Source: Gemmatimonadaceae bacterium
GTDB lineage: Bacteria; Gemmatimonadota; Gemmatimonadetes; Gemmatimonadales; Gemmatimonadaceae
Direction of reading: 5' to 3'
Length of the DNA: 64,000 bases
NCBI GenBank assembly: GCA_045803545.1
Contig: JBJMOW010000005.1
Span: 896,001-960,000, forward strand
A program made the translations under genes and the position numbers. The notes beneath the pieces are model-generated. The model had not been told where the DNA came from. It worked only from the letters and a program-made list of their open reading frames with translations, and searched no databases. Below, piece by piece: positions 18,963 through 28,613 of this stretch (position 1 is its first letter; every line of letters starts with the position of its first letter).

Positions 18963-19326
18963 ATTCGAGCAACAGCGGTTCGGCCATCATTGTCAAAAAG
19001 AAGAACGTCACCAGGCTCACCAGCGCCGCTTCGAGCGAGACGTTGAAGATCCTCGCCACCGGCGCGTACAGCACCAGCACCATCAGCCTTAATCCTGCGC
19101 CCAATCCCCAACGGATAAACAACTCACCAGTCGCTTCGCCGCTTGTCCTCGACGGGCGGAGCAGGGCAAAAGCGCCGAGCTGTACTGCGAAAGCCAGTCC
19201 AGCTGAAACCAGCATCGCTTCGTGTTCCTCGACAGTCCTGAAGTAGGCCCTCAGGATGATTGTCGCGACGACGATTAGAGTGGCGGAGATTCCAGCGAAA
19301 TAGGCAATCGCCCGTTTCTGTCTCAC
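18952..19326 (-). CDS. ATP synthase protein I-like 4-TM membrane protein
   Basis: Four hydrophobic helices; overlaps both neighbours directly upstream of atpB. Confidence 0.7.
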   Translation of the reverse strand: MRQKRAIAYFAGISATLIVVATIILRAYFRTVEEHEAMLVSAGLAFAVQLGAFALLRPSRTSGEATGELFIRWGLGAGLRLMVLVLYAPVARIFNVSLEAALVSLVTFFFLTMMAEPLLLEYDR

Positions 19327-19616
19327 TTATTCGACGTCCGGCTTCCATCGTCGCCGCGCCGTCTCGCCGCCCTCTCTGCGTCGTCCTGCTTCTGCGCCGC
19401 GCTGATCTTGCGGTACATATTGTAGAACGCCGCCGCTGCGCCGACAAAAACGCTGGCGATGGTGAACAACCCGTTGGTAGCAAGTCGTTTATCGAGCCAC
19501 TGGCCAGCGAACAGGAAGACGATGATCGCGATGGCGAATTGCATTCCGACGCCGGCGAAATCGGCGCCGGACAGACCCTTTTTCGGGCTCTGTTGCGACC
19601 GCTTTCCGTCTTCCAT
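19323..19616 (-). CDS. AtpZ/AtpI (ATPase gene 1) family protein
   Basis: GMQFAIAIIVFLFAGQWLDKRL matches the GxWLD motif; first gene of the atp operon. Confidence 0.85.
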   Translation of the reverse strand: MEDGKRSQQSPKKGLSGADFAGVGMQFAIAIIVFLFAGQWLDKRLATNGLFTIASVFVGAAAAFYNMYRKISAAQKQDDAERAARRRGDDGSRTSNK

Positions 19617-19634
19617 TTCGCGGAGGAAAATAAC

Positions 19635-19658
19635 CGCTTGTGAAGATTTTCACAAGCG
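19635..19658. promoter_or_regulatory. Rex (NADH/NAD+ redox-sensing repressor) operator
   Basis: CGC-TTGTGAA-GATT-TTCACAA-GCG equals the Rex consensus TTGTGAA-N4-TTCACAA, about 20 nt upstream of the atp operon start. Confidence 0.8.
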
Positions 19659-19834
19659 ATTGTGGAGGCGGTTTCCGAACGTAGACCGAAGATCTGTAAA
19701 CGGTGCAAGTCGAAGACTGATGCGAGGTTAGTCTGTGACTTGATTGTTGACCGTTCGTCTATGTGTCGATAAGTTGGCCTTCTTGGAAAATGTGAGAAAG
19801 GCCCGCCCGCCCTTTATGAATCGCCGCTACTACA

Positions 19835-20311
19835 TTGGATAACCGTCTCATTCTCCCGTTGCTGTGCGCCGCATCAGTTGCGTTCGCCGCCGCCCCCTCC
19901 TTCTCGCACGACGACAAGCCGATTGCCAGCCCGAAGCTGGGTAGAGACGCAACCAGCACCGCGCCAATCGTCACCAAGTTCGACATAACGAGACCGAACA
20001 ACGACGCGAGTAAGCTTCGTTTCACGCTCAACATCAGAAACAACACCAGCAAGATGCTCGAGCTGCGGTTCCCCAGCGGACAGACTCACGACTTCGTGGT
20101 CAGGGATTTCGCCGGCACCGAAGTGTGGCGCTGGAGCTCAGGGCACATGTTCACTTCGGTGATGCGCGCGACGATGATCAAGGGAAAGAGCCAGGCGAGC
20201 TACGCCGAAAGCTGGAGCACCAAGGGACAGCACGGTACGTTCACAGCGGTCGCGATACTCAAGAGCGATAACTTCCCGGTCGAGTCCACCGTTCAATTCG
20301 TCCTGCCGTAA
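19835..20311 (+). CDS. Secreted BsuPI (intracellular proteinase inhibitor)-domain protein
   Basis: LELRFPSGQTHDFVV..G.EVWRWSSGHMFT matches the BsuPI pattern; signal peptide. Confidence 0.75.
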   Translation: MDNRLILPLLCAASVAFAAAPSFSHDDKPIASPKLGRDATSTAPIVTKFDITRPNNDASKLRFTLNIRNNTSKMLELRFPSGQTHDFVVRDFAGTEVWRWSSGHMFTSVMRATMIKGKSQASYAESWSTKGQHGTFTAVAILKSDNFPVESTVQFVLP

Positions 20312-20344
20312 TTACTGCGGACTGCGGACAAACTGCAAACGACT

Positions 20345-20372
20345 AAACGCGCTCTGACGAGCGCGTTTTTTG
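20345..20372 (+). terminator. Rho-independent terminator
   Basis: AAACGCGCTC-TGAC-GAGCGCGTTT followed by TTTG. Confidence 0.8.
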
Positions 20373-20612
20373 TTGGTGGGACCAAAGGTGGGAGTTGCCA
20401 GAGATTGCACAGATCTCAGTTTGCGGTTGTTTTACACGTATTCTGAGCGTCGCCGCATCCTCTTTCCATATCGCCATCCCCATCCCTCATCCCAACAACA
20501 CCGCGCTACATCTACGAAGCCAAGGGTTTCACCTGCTCAGAAAAGACGATCGCCAAACCACGGCAAAAAATTTGGTTGGCCATTACCAGCACCCATCGCT
20601 AAAGTTCTGAAC

Positions 20613-21377
20613 ATGAGACTCCACCCGTCGCTGTTCGCTGTGCTGCTCGTGTGTGTTCCCGCCGTGAGCGGTGCCCAAGCCAAGAATTCCGTCGTTATCG
20701 CGTCGGTCACCGACGCGAAGTCGGGCCAACCGATCTCCGATGCACAGGTGACGCTCGACGACTTGAACATCACCGCCAGAACTGACTGGAGCGGCGAGGC
20801 ACGCATCGCCGGCGTCGCCGGGGGCGAACACAACTTCATCATCGTCAAGCCTGGCTATGACTCGATGGTCGTTGCGCTGCAGGTTCAGGGCGACTCCGTC
20901 GGGCCGGTTTTTCGACTGCTCAAATCCGGTACGACGACCACCACGACGCCAACGCTCGCTCCCGTGACGGTGCCCGCCGACCCCTCGACGTCCTATCTCG
21001 CCGAGTTCGAGACGCGGCGCGCGCAAGGTCAAGGCAAGTATCTAACGGCGCCCGATCTCGAGAAGAAGGCAAACCGCTCTCTGGTGACGGTGCTGGCGCA
21101 GGCGTTCGGAGGACTGATGTCCACGTCTGATCTTACGCGTCCGGGACACAACATCCTGACGACTCGTCGGACGCGGCCACGCCTGAACGGGGCCTCAGCC
21201 GATGTCCACTGCGGCGTCGACATTTACATGGACGGGTCGCCGTACCTCGACGATCTCGAAGCGATTCGTCCGAGTGAGCTCGCCGGAGTAGAGTACTACC
21301 CGATCGAGAGCGCCCCTGGCGAATACCGCAGGCTCACCGACAACTGCGGCGTGTTGATTCTCTGGACCAAGAAGTAA
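20613..21377 (+). CDS. Carboxypeptidase-regulatory-like domain plus TonB-plug-like domain secreted protein
   Basis: Signal peptide, VTDAKSGQPISDAQV...TDWSG, C-terminal IYMDG...ELAGVEYY...CGVLILWTKK; no barrel. Confidence 0.75.
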   Translation: MRLHPSLFAVLLVCVPAVSGAQAKNSVVIASVTDAKSGQPISDAQVTLDDLNITARTDWSGEARIAGVAGGEHNFIIVKPGYDSMVVALQVQGDSVGPVFRLLKSGTTTTTTPTLAPVTVPADPSTSYLAEFETRRAQGQGKYLTAPDLEKKANRSLVTVLAQAFGGLMSTSDLTRPGHNILTTRRTRPRLNGASADVHCGVDIYMDGSPYLDDLEAIRPSELAGVEYYPIESAPGEYRRLTDNCGVLILWTKK

Positions 21378-21433
21378 TCGTTGGGCTCGAGGGAGCACTC
21401 CCGAGATCCGCGACCACCCTCGGAGAATGAGTC

Positions 21434-21879
21434 CTACTGACCCGGCTGCGGCGTCGGCGGTTTGCTGTAGCTCACACCGCCGCCCCCGAGCGACTTCCCA
21501 ATCCAGATCGCGCCGCCGGTAATCAGCGCGGCAAGCAACACCGAGCGGCCAACCTGCACATGCTTTTGCGAGACGGCGACAACGTAGCGCGATGGAATCA
21601 ACACCGTCTCGCCGCGGAAGGCCTGATCATCGGCATCGACGCGGCCGACTTCGTTCGCGGATATCGCGACGCCCGAATCGGACACCGAGCGCACCCGACC
21701 TTCAATCGATTGGATCTGCGATCCCAGCTGCCCGAAATTCTGATTGCGGGCGTCATCACTGAGCGCGAGTCGCACCGTTCCCACCCCGGTGCAGTCTGCA
21801 GCGTAATTGGCGCATACGTCGAGCACGCGCCGGCCGCAAAACATCCCAGCGTCAACGACGCAACAAGTCTATGTCTCAT
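21434..21879 (-). pseudogene. Lipoprotein gene split by a frameshift at a G4 run (21784-21787); pseudogene or sequencing error
   Basis: One frame gives MRHRLVASLTLGCFAAGACSTYAPITLQTAPG (signal plus lipobox); another continues VGTVRLALSDDAR...PPTPQPGQ; one added G joins them. Confidence 0.7.
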
Positions 21880-21892
21880 AAACTTCCCGTCT

Positions 21893-21932
21893 AAAGAAAA
21901 TCCGGGTATGCGTCCTTCGACGCATACCCGGA
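21893..21932 (-). terminator. Terminator after susD
   Basis: Perfect 14-bp stem TCCGGGTATGCGTC/GACGCATACCCGGA followed by TTTTCTTT on the minus strand. Confidence 0.8.
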
Positions 21933-21955
21933 CCACCTCGTTCAAAATCAATGCA

Positions 21956-23302
21956 CTACCCAGCCAGACAGGCCTGGCCGGTTCCGTCGGAGACGGTATT
22001 CGCCGGATCGTTCGGATTGCGCGACCCGTTGAATCCCTGTCCTGCGGGCGGAATGTTGGTGTTCGTGAAGCGCTCGTTCGGATCGTAGTACATGCGACCG
22101 GGCATCTTCTGTCCCGCCTGAGTCGGCGCGAAGTTCGGAGTGCACGTGCGCTTGTAATCGTTCCACGCTTCGTGACCGAGCTGGAAATCGGCGATGTACT
22201 TCTCGGTCAGGATCTCATTGAGCAGCGCCTGTCCAGCGACTGCTTCGGGAGCCAGTCCGTGGTTGTCGCGCTCTTCGTTCAGCTTCGCCAATGCCGTCAC
22301 CTGATCGCCGGTCCGATAAGCCGCCTCGGCCCAGATCAGAGTGTTTTCATCGTACGAGACGAAGGTCTGCGGATAATTCGGAGCCAGCCTCGTTCCACTC
22401 AGGTTCGTCGCCGCGCCGTTGAAATAATCCTGGCGCCGCGGGTCACTACGCGTACTGAGCAGACTCACGAACTGCGGGTCCGGGATCAGATAACCACCGC
22501 GCCCGATCGTCAATTGGAACTGGTAGTAGAAGTTCGTCTCATTGGTGTTGCTGGTGAACGCGCCGAAGTAGTTCCCCGCGTCGGAGCTGATTCCCTGCTC
22601 CGCCTCGGCGAGCGCCGCCGCGTACGCCGCCTGTCCACGAACCTCCGCCGTGTGCATGTAGAATCTCGCCTTGAGCGTGTGCGCGAGCGCAGTCCACGCG
22701 TCGGTATCGCCGCCATAGACCAGGTCTGAAGCCACCGGCGGCGAATTCGTCTCCGCGGTGCTGGCCATATTGGCGATCGCTGCCGACAACACTTTCTGCA
22801 CCGAATCGTAAACCGTCAGCTGATTATCAAGCGGCGGGTTTAGTTCGTTGGTCAGCGCGTGCGAGTAGACGATGTCACCGAACAGGTCAGCGCCGGTTCC
22901 CATCGTGAGCCCTTCCTGTACCTGCAGGATGCCGAGCATCGCAAAGTTGTTCGCCTCCTTCGCGAGATTCTGCGCGCGCACGATGTCAACGAGACCACCG
23001 GCAGCGTAGAGACCGATGTTGAACCCGCTCTGAATGCCTTCGTCGTAGAGGTAGTTGTAGATGCTTTGGTACTGGTTCTGACCGCCGGCGAACTGACGCG
23101 CCCACATGCCCGTTACGCGCGCCGGATCGCTGCCGAGCAGCGCCCAAATGGCCCCCTCTGCGCCGGCGAACAACTGATTAGCCGTCGCAACTTGCGGCCG
23201 ATTCGGATCGTTGCTCAGATCCCCGCCCGTCAGATAATCACCTTTGCAGCTCGTCGCCGTCAGCCCGACGACAACGAGCGCGAGATATCGAAGTTTTATC
23301 AC
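21956..23302 (-). CDS. SusD/RagB-family outer membrane lipoprotein
   Basis: Lipobox ATSC, DPNRP, DLFGDIVYS, AHTLKARFYMH, EAWNDYKRT; downstream of SusC. Confidence 0.9.
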   Translation of the reverse strand: MIKLRYLALVVVGLTATSCKGDYLTGGDLSNDPNRPQVATANQLFAGAEGAIWALLGSDPARVTGMWARQFAGGQNQYQSIYNYLYDEGIQSGFNIGLYAAGGLVDIVRAQNLAKEANNFAMLGILQVQEGLTMGTGADLFGDIVYSHALTNELNPPLDNQLTVYDSVQKVLSAAIANMASTAETNSPPVASDLVYGGDTDAWTALAHTLKARFYMHTAEVRGQAAYAAALAEAEQGISSDAGNYFGAFTSNTNETNFYYQFQLTIGRGGYLIPDPQFVSLLSTRSDPRRQDYFNGAATNLSGTRLAPNYPQTFVSYDENTLIWAEAAYRTGDQVTALAKLNEERDNHGLAPEAVAGQALLNEILTEKYIADFQLGHEAWNDYKRTCTPNFAPTQAGQKMPGRMYYDPNERFTNTNIPPAGQGFNGSRNPNDPANTVSDGTGQACLAG

Positions 23303-23318
23303 TGCAATTCTCCTTTCG

Positions 23319-26300
23319 TTATCGGTTTAGGCTGAACGACAACACGAACGACCGCGACTGCGGATTGGCGAACCAATCGAGTCCCTGAGTGAGGTACTCT
23401 GCACCCGCGTTGTTCACTTCCGGATCGAGCCCGCGATACTGCGTCCAGGTCTTCAGGTTGCGACCCGAGATGCGGATGTCCGCCGAGCTGAATCCAGTCA
23501 GGTTCTTCAGGAACGGCCGATCGAGCGTGAAGCTCAGACTCAGCTCACGCAGCTTGACCCAGCCGGCGTCTTCCATGAATTGCTCGCCAGGACCCGTGAA
23601 TCCGCCGCCAGTGCCGACGATGCTGAGCCAGTTCTCCCAGTCCTCTGGCGTATTGAGGCCGACGACTCCAGTGCCGGGACCCGCGACGTCCGGATACGCC
23701 TTCGTATCCCAACTGACGCCGTACTGGCCGGTGCCGCCGCGCGCATCGGTGTCCTTGTGAGTACCAAAGACGTAGAGAGCGCCGCGAGTACCGTTGTATT
23801 GAGTGCCGCCCTTTTTGACATCGAGCAAGCCGGACAACGTGAACTTGTTCAGAATCTTGAGCGATGACGAGTAGGACATGGTGTACTTCGGATGCGGATC
23901 ACCGATGACCCTGATCGCTGGATCAGCGACCGGTAGGCCGTCCGGACCGAGGAACAGCGCGTTTCTCTTATATCCGCCGGGTGTTGCGCCGCAGAGAGCA
24001 TCGATGTCCTGATCCGCTGCGCCCATGCCCGGCACCGCGATGTGGGTTCCCGACCCGCAGTGCACGAAACCGGTGCCGATGATGACGCCCGGTGCGTAAC
24101 CAATCACGTCAGCGCCTTCAGCTTCGTTCGCGCCGAATCCTTCCAGCAGATCGAAGATCTCAGCGCCGCCAAGATCAGTGACCTTGCCGCGGTTGCGGCC
24201 GAACTGCACGCCGAATTCCCACGCGAGATTCTGCGAGGTGTAGGGGCGGGCGTTGAACGAAACCTCGATTCCCTTGTTCGACAGCGCGGCGGTATTCTCG
24301 AACGCGCTGAGGAACCCGGTCGCGGCCGCGTTCACCGTGATCGGAAGAATCACGTCGGACGATTTCTTGTTATAGCCGACGACCGACAGATCGACCTTCT
24401 GATCGAAGAAGCCGAGATCCGCGCCGACCTCGAACTCTTTCTGCAGCTCGGGACGCAGCGCTGGATTGCCGATCCTGGTGCTGCTGGTGACGCCCGGCAC
24501 GCCGCCGACCGTGGTGCGCAAAACGTCGCCGTAACTCGACCCAAACTGCACGACCGTGCTCAATGCATTGAGCGCTGCGTACACGTCCGGCTCGCGCCCC
24601 GTTTCGCCATACGCTGCGCGCAACTTGCCGAAACTGAACAAGCCGGTCGGCTCAGATCCGTGGAACAGATTGCTGAACGTCCAGGCCGCCGACGCTTTCT
24701 TGAAAGTGTGACGACGCTGTGAAGCTCCGAACGTCGAGAATCCGTCGTTCCGCAAGCCGGCGGTCAGGTAAATCTGGTTGTAAAGATTGAACTCACCTTG
24801 CCCGAAGTAGCTCTCGATGTGACGGAGCGACTTGTTCTCGATGGCCGCCTGCGAGATGGTGTTCTCGAGCGCAAGCGGAGTAGGCGCGATCAAGCCTTCA
24901 CCAACCGTCGTGTGTTGCCGATAGCGACGTGAGTTCAGGTTTTGACCGACCGTGAAGGTCGTGTTGAAGTTCTCGCCGCGATCGAAGGTCGCCGAGGCAA
25001 GCAGGTTGTGATCGATGATCAGGTTGTTCTGATCGTTGCGAATGACGTTACCAGCGCCGTCGTTCGCCGAGGTTTGCGGCAGCGCCTGGAGCCGTGAGTC
25101 GGTGTAGTAGTCGCCACCGATCGTCTCCTTTACGTTCAGCCACGTCAGTGGATGCCAGTCGACGTTGAAGTTGGAGATGGCGCGCCCGACTTCATCGCGA
25201 TTGCCGTTGCTCGAAGCCACGAAGAACGGATTGTCGTAATACGCGCAGCACCCGAATGACTCGACTGTCGTCGCATTCGGGAATCGATAGCTGCGCTGCT
25301 GGCCGTACTGATTGAGGTACGGCTCGTTGTTGAACGCGGGCGGCGTTCTGAGCGCGCCAAGCAGCAATCCGGAAACGTCGTTGCCGCGCTGCACGAAATT
25401 GCCACGCGCATCGACGTAATTGAAGTTGCCACCAAGCGTAAGCTTGCTGCTGACTTCCTGAGTGCCCTTGAGGCGGAAGCTGGCGCGATTGTACTTGTTG
25501 TTCGGCCCCTGGATGATGCCGTCCTGATTGGTGAGACCGACGGACGAGTAGAACGTCGTGCGATCGTTGCCGCCAGAAAGCTGAATGTTGTTATCCGCAG
25601 TGAGACCTGTTTTGAACAGCTCACTCAAGTGATCGTAGGTCTGCGTGCCCGCGGGCAGTTTCGCGCCCCACGATGTACGACCGGCCGTAGGTGCGCAGTC
25701 AGGCGTGTCACCGCAGGTCGCCATCGCATCGGGAATCGGTCGCGGATCCCCGTTTGCGTTTGTGCGCGCCAGCGAGCCCTGTGCGTAATCGTGCTGCAGG
25801 AAGTCGACGAGACGAGGTTTGTCCCACGACAGCGTCGAGCCAACGCTGATACGGGTTGGTCCGCTGCGACCACGCTTGGTCGTAATCAGTATGACACCGT
25901 TCGCGGCGCGCGCACCGTAGATCGCTGCTGCCGCCGAACCCTTGAGGATCTCGATGCTCTCGATGTCGGACGGATTGACGTCAGCCGCGCGATTGGTTGT
26001 TACCGTGCCACCCTGCCTGTCGGTGACTGAGCCGCTGCCGACACCAATCGCCATCGTTGCCGGCGACACGGTCTGGTTGTCGATCGGCTGGCCATCAACG
26101 ACGAACAACGGCTGGTTGGTACCGGTCAGTGACGCTTCGCCGCGGATGACGACCGATGCAGCTGCACCGGGCTCACCCGACTGAGTGCGCACGTTCACGT
26201 TCGGCGCTTTGGCGGCGAGCGCAGCAATCACGTTTTGCGGCTCGTTGGACCGACGCAGCGCGGAGCTGTCGACGCGATTGATCGTCACGCCCAGTCGCTC

Positions 26301-26687
26301 GCGTGTTGTCGTGGTTCCGGCGCCGGTCACCACGACTTCGCCGAGGTGGAACGGATTCACCGGCAGGGTGAAGTTCTGGTTGTTCGTTGCTCCGGGCGTG
26401 AGCGCAATCTGAACCGAGCGCGCGGTGTAGCCGATGACGCGCGCGGTCAATGTCGCGGTGCCGCCTGTCGCTCTGCTCGACGGAACGATGAAGGTGTAAC
26501 TGCCATCATCGCTGGTCGTGGCGCCGATGTTGGTACCGGCGAGGAATACGCTCGCGGCACCGAGTGGCGCACCCACATCGCTCGTGACACGGCCGGTCAC
26601 GGTCGTTCCGCTTTGCGCGAACGCCGCCGATGCCGTGAATGCGAGTGTGGTGACGAATGACAAGAATTGTCTTCGCATACAACTCAC
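23319..26687 (-). CDS. SusC/RagA-family TonB-dependent receptor
   Basis: QPLFVVDG, DIESIEILKGSAAAAIYGARAANGVILITTKRG, VKLRELSLSF, GLDPE. Confidence 0.95.
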   Translation of the reverse strand: MSCMRRQFLSFVTTLAFTASAAFAQSGTTVTGRVTSDVGAPLGAASVFLAGTNIGATTSDDGSYTFIVPSSRATGGTATLTARVIGYTARSVQIALTPGATNNQNFTLPVNPFHLGEVVVTGAGTTTTRERLGVTINRVDSSALRRSNEPQNVIAALAAKAPNVNVRTQSGEPGAAASVVIRGEASLTGTNQPLFVVDGQPIDNQTVSPATMAIGVGSGSVTDRQGGTVTTNRAADVNPSDIESIEILKGSAAAAIYGARAANGVILITTKRGRSGPTRISVGSTLSWDKPRLVDFLQHDYAQGSLARTNANGDPRPIPDAMATCGDTPDCAPTAGRTSWGAKLPAGTQTYDHLSELFKTGLTADNNIQLSGGNDRTTFYSSVGLTNQDGIIQGPNNKYNRASFRLKGTQEVSSKLTLGGNFNYVDARGNFVQRGNDVSGLLLGALRTPPAFNNEPYLNQYGQQRSYRFPNATTVESFGCCAYYDNPFFVASSNGNRDEVGRAISNFNVDWHPLTWLNVKETIGGDYYTDSRLQALPQTSANDGAGNVIRNDQNNLIIDHNLLASATFDRGENFNTTFTVGQNLNSRRYRQHTTVGEGLIAPTPLALENTISQAAIENKSLRHIESYFGQGEFNLYNQIYLTAGLRNDGFSTFGASQRRHTFKKASAAWTFSNLFHGSEPTGLFSFGKLRAAYGETGREPDVYAALNALSTVVQFGSSYGDVLRTTVGGVPGVTSSTRIGNPALRPELQKEFEVGADLGFFDQKVDLSVVGYNKKSSDVILPITVNAAATGFLSAFENTAALSNKGIEVSFNARPYTSQNLAWEFGVQFGRNRGKVTDLGGAEIFDLLEGFGANEAEGADVIGYAPGVIIGTGFVHCGSGTHIAVPGMGAADQDIDALCGATPGGYKRNALFLGPDGLPVADPAIRVIGDPHPKYTMSYSSSLKILNKFTLSGLLDVKKGGTQYNGTRGALYVFGTHKDTDARGGTGQYGVSWDTKAYPDVAGPGTGVVGLNTPEDWENWLSIVGTGGGFTGPGEQFMEDAGWVKLRELSLSFTLDRPFLKNLTGFSSADIRISGRNLKTWTQYRGLDPEVNNAGAEYLTQGLDWFANPQSRSFVLSFSLNR

Positions 26688-26867
26688 TCCTTGAGTGTGA
26701 TGTTCGGAATGTGAGAGTGAGCGCAGGCGTGTAAAAGACTTTTTGCAGTTCCGAACTGGTTAAGGAGCTGTGCGCGATTTTTTACAAATCGCATACATGG
26801 CGGGCGCGTAGTAACGCAGGCGACCCCGCGTAACGCATCATATCTTCTCACGTACACCCGTCATTAC

Positions 26868-28613
26868 ATGTCACTGATCCGTCGTATGCGAGCATACGGA
26901 GCCCGCCCGCTGCTGCTCGGCGGGGCGCTTCTGGGAATCGTCGTGGTTGCGGGACTCGCGGCACTGGAGTCACACCGCACCTTCGTCGCGCGCAAAGCGT
27001 CCGCCGAACAGACGGTGCGCGATTACGCGAAGTTCGCGGCGTACCTCTATTCGACCCGGATCTATCTGTTCGCGCGCGAACGAACCTTCATGCCGTACGC
27101 GAAGTTCAACGCCGACGACCCGTACACGCGTGCCTCCCTGCCGCCGCTTTCTGCGATCCCCGCGAATACAGATTCGACGGAGAAGTGCGGACCAAACTGG
27201 ACCACTTATCGATTCCGCCTTGATCTACCGTCGGGCACGGTTCAATACCTGGGCGTTCGACCTCTGCCCGCAGTGGACCGGGCCATTCGCGACACGATCC
27301 CAAAGCTCGCCAACTCGCCCTGGGTCAAGCTCTCCGGATTCGGATACCTCTTCGTCGACCCACCGGGTGCGCCGAGAGAAGCGATTTCATACCTGCGAAC
27401 ACTCGACTCCGCTAAGAACGTCATAGCGGTTTACGGCTACCGGTCCTGCTACGGTGTGCGCGACACCATTGACTACGCGACCGTGCACAGGATCGTAAAG
27501 GTTTTGCCGCCAATGATCCCGGGGTATGGGGACTCTGCGTCGGATGCCCCCTCGGCGTGGTGCAAATGCGGCCCGAAAAAATCGGGAACCAGGAACGCCT
27601 CGGCCATGGAGCGGATGGCTGGCCCCTGGCCAAACGGCATGCCGGCGGATTCGCTACTGTATTTGAAGATCACTGACTTTCACGACCGCACCTTGTACCA
27701 GGTGCCTGCGCGCGGGAAATCTTCAGACTTGTACGGTGTCTCGCCCATCGGATACATCGGGGGCGTCTGGGTATGGGTCTCGTTGCGACCGGACGTCGCA
27801 AGGTTCCTCGTCGCCGGCGGCATCCCCGAGTCCCACGTCCCTGCGTCACTGGTGCTGTTCGGGGGCGCCATTGTGCTCGCAATCGCCGGGTTCGCTTCGC
27901 TGCGCAGTGAGGTCCGCCTCGTGCGGTCGCGAGAGCGGTTCCTGGCCAACGTCTCTCACGAGCTGAGGACCCCGCTCCAGCAGATCCTGCTCTTCGTCCA
28001 GCTGGTGCGGCTTGGCCGAACAAGGAGCGAAAGCGAGAAGGAGAAATCCCTCGAAATCATCGAGCGGGAGACGAATCGGCTGATTGCGTTGTCTAATTCC
28101 GTATTGACGGCCACCTCGACACCGGAGATGCAGCAACTGGAGTCGAGCGCGGTCGACGTCGCGGGCGTAGCACAAACGGCGGCGGATTTCTTCACACCTC
28201 TCGCGGAAGCTCGCAAGATGCGGATTGAACTGGACGTGGAGCAGCCGGCGGTTGCGCGCGGCGATCCGGGCGCGATCCGGCAGATCCTGATCAACGTGCT
28301 CGACAACGCCGCGAAGTACGGTCCGACGGGCCAGACGATCAAAATCGGTGTTCGCAAGAACGGGCCGATTGTCCGCTTATGGGTCGACGATCACGGCCCC
28401 GGGATCCCGCTCGCCGAGCGTAACAATGTCTGGCAACCCTTCGTAAGGCTGGGAGGGACAGTGGACGACAGCACCGGGGGGGCCGGACTCGGCCTCGCGA
28501 TTGTGCGCGACCTGGCTGCGGCGATGGATGCCCGTGCTGAGCTATCCGACGTCCCCGGGGGAGGCACCCGCTTCTCGCTGGATCTACACGCGAACCAGAA
28601 TGGGGCTCACTGA
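26868..28613 (+). CDS. Membrane sensor histidine kinase
   Basis: Two TMs, H-box VSHELRTPL, N-box NVLDNAAKY, DHGPGI, GAGLGLAIV. Confidence 0.92.
   Translation: MSLIRRMRAYGARPLLLGGALLGIVVVAGLAALESHRTFVARKASAEQTVRDYAKFAAYLYSTRIYLFARERTFMPYAKFNADDPYTRASLPPLSAIPANTDSTEKCGPNWTTYRFRLDLPSGTVQYLGVRPLPAVDRAIRDTIPKLANSPWVKLSGFGYLFVDPPGAPREAISYLRTLDSAKNVIAVYGYRSCYGVRDTIDYATVHRIVKVLPPMIPGYGDSASDAPSAWCKCGPKKSGTRNASAMERMAGPWPNGMPADSLLYLKITDFHDRTLYQVPARGKSSDLYGVSPIGYIGGVWVWVSLRPDVARFLVAGGIPESHVPASLVLFGGAIVLAIAGFASLRSEVRLVRSRERFLANVSHELRTPLQQILLFVQLVRLGRTRSESEKEKSLEIIERETNRLIALSNSVLTATSTPEMQQLESSAVDVAGVAQTAADFFTPLAEARKMRIELDVEQPAVARGDPGAIRQILINVLDNAAKYGPTGQTIKIGVRKNGPIVRLWVDDHGPGIPLAERNNVWQPFVRLGGTVDDSTGGAGLGLAIVRDLAAAMDARAELSDVPGGGTRFSLDLHANQNGAH

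Noticed and set aside
21560..22729. 389-aa plus-strand ORF
   Set aside because: Antisense to susD and the lipoprotein; no recognisable features
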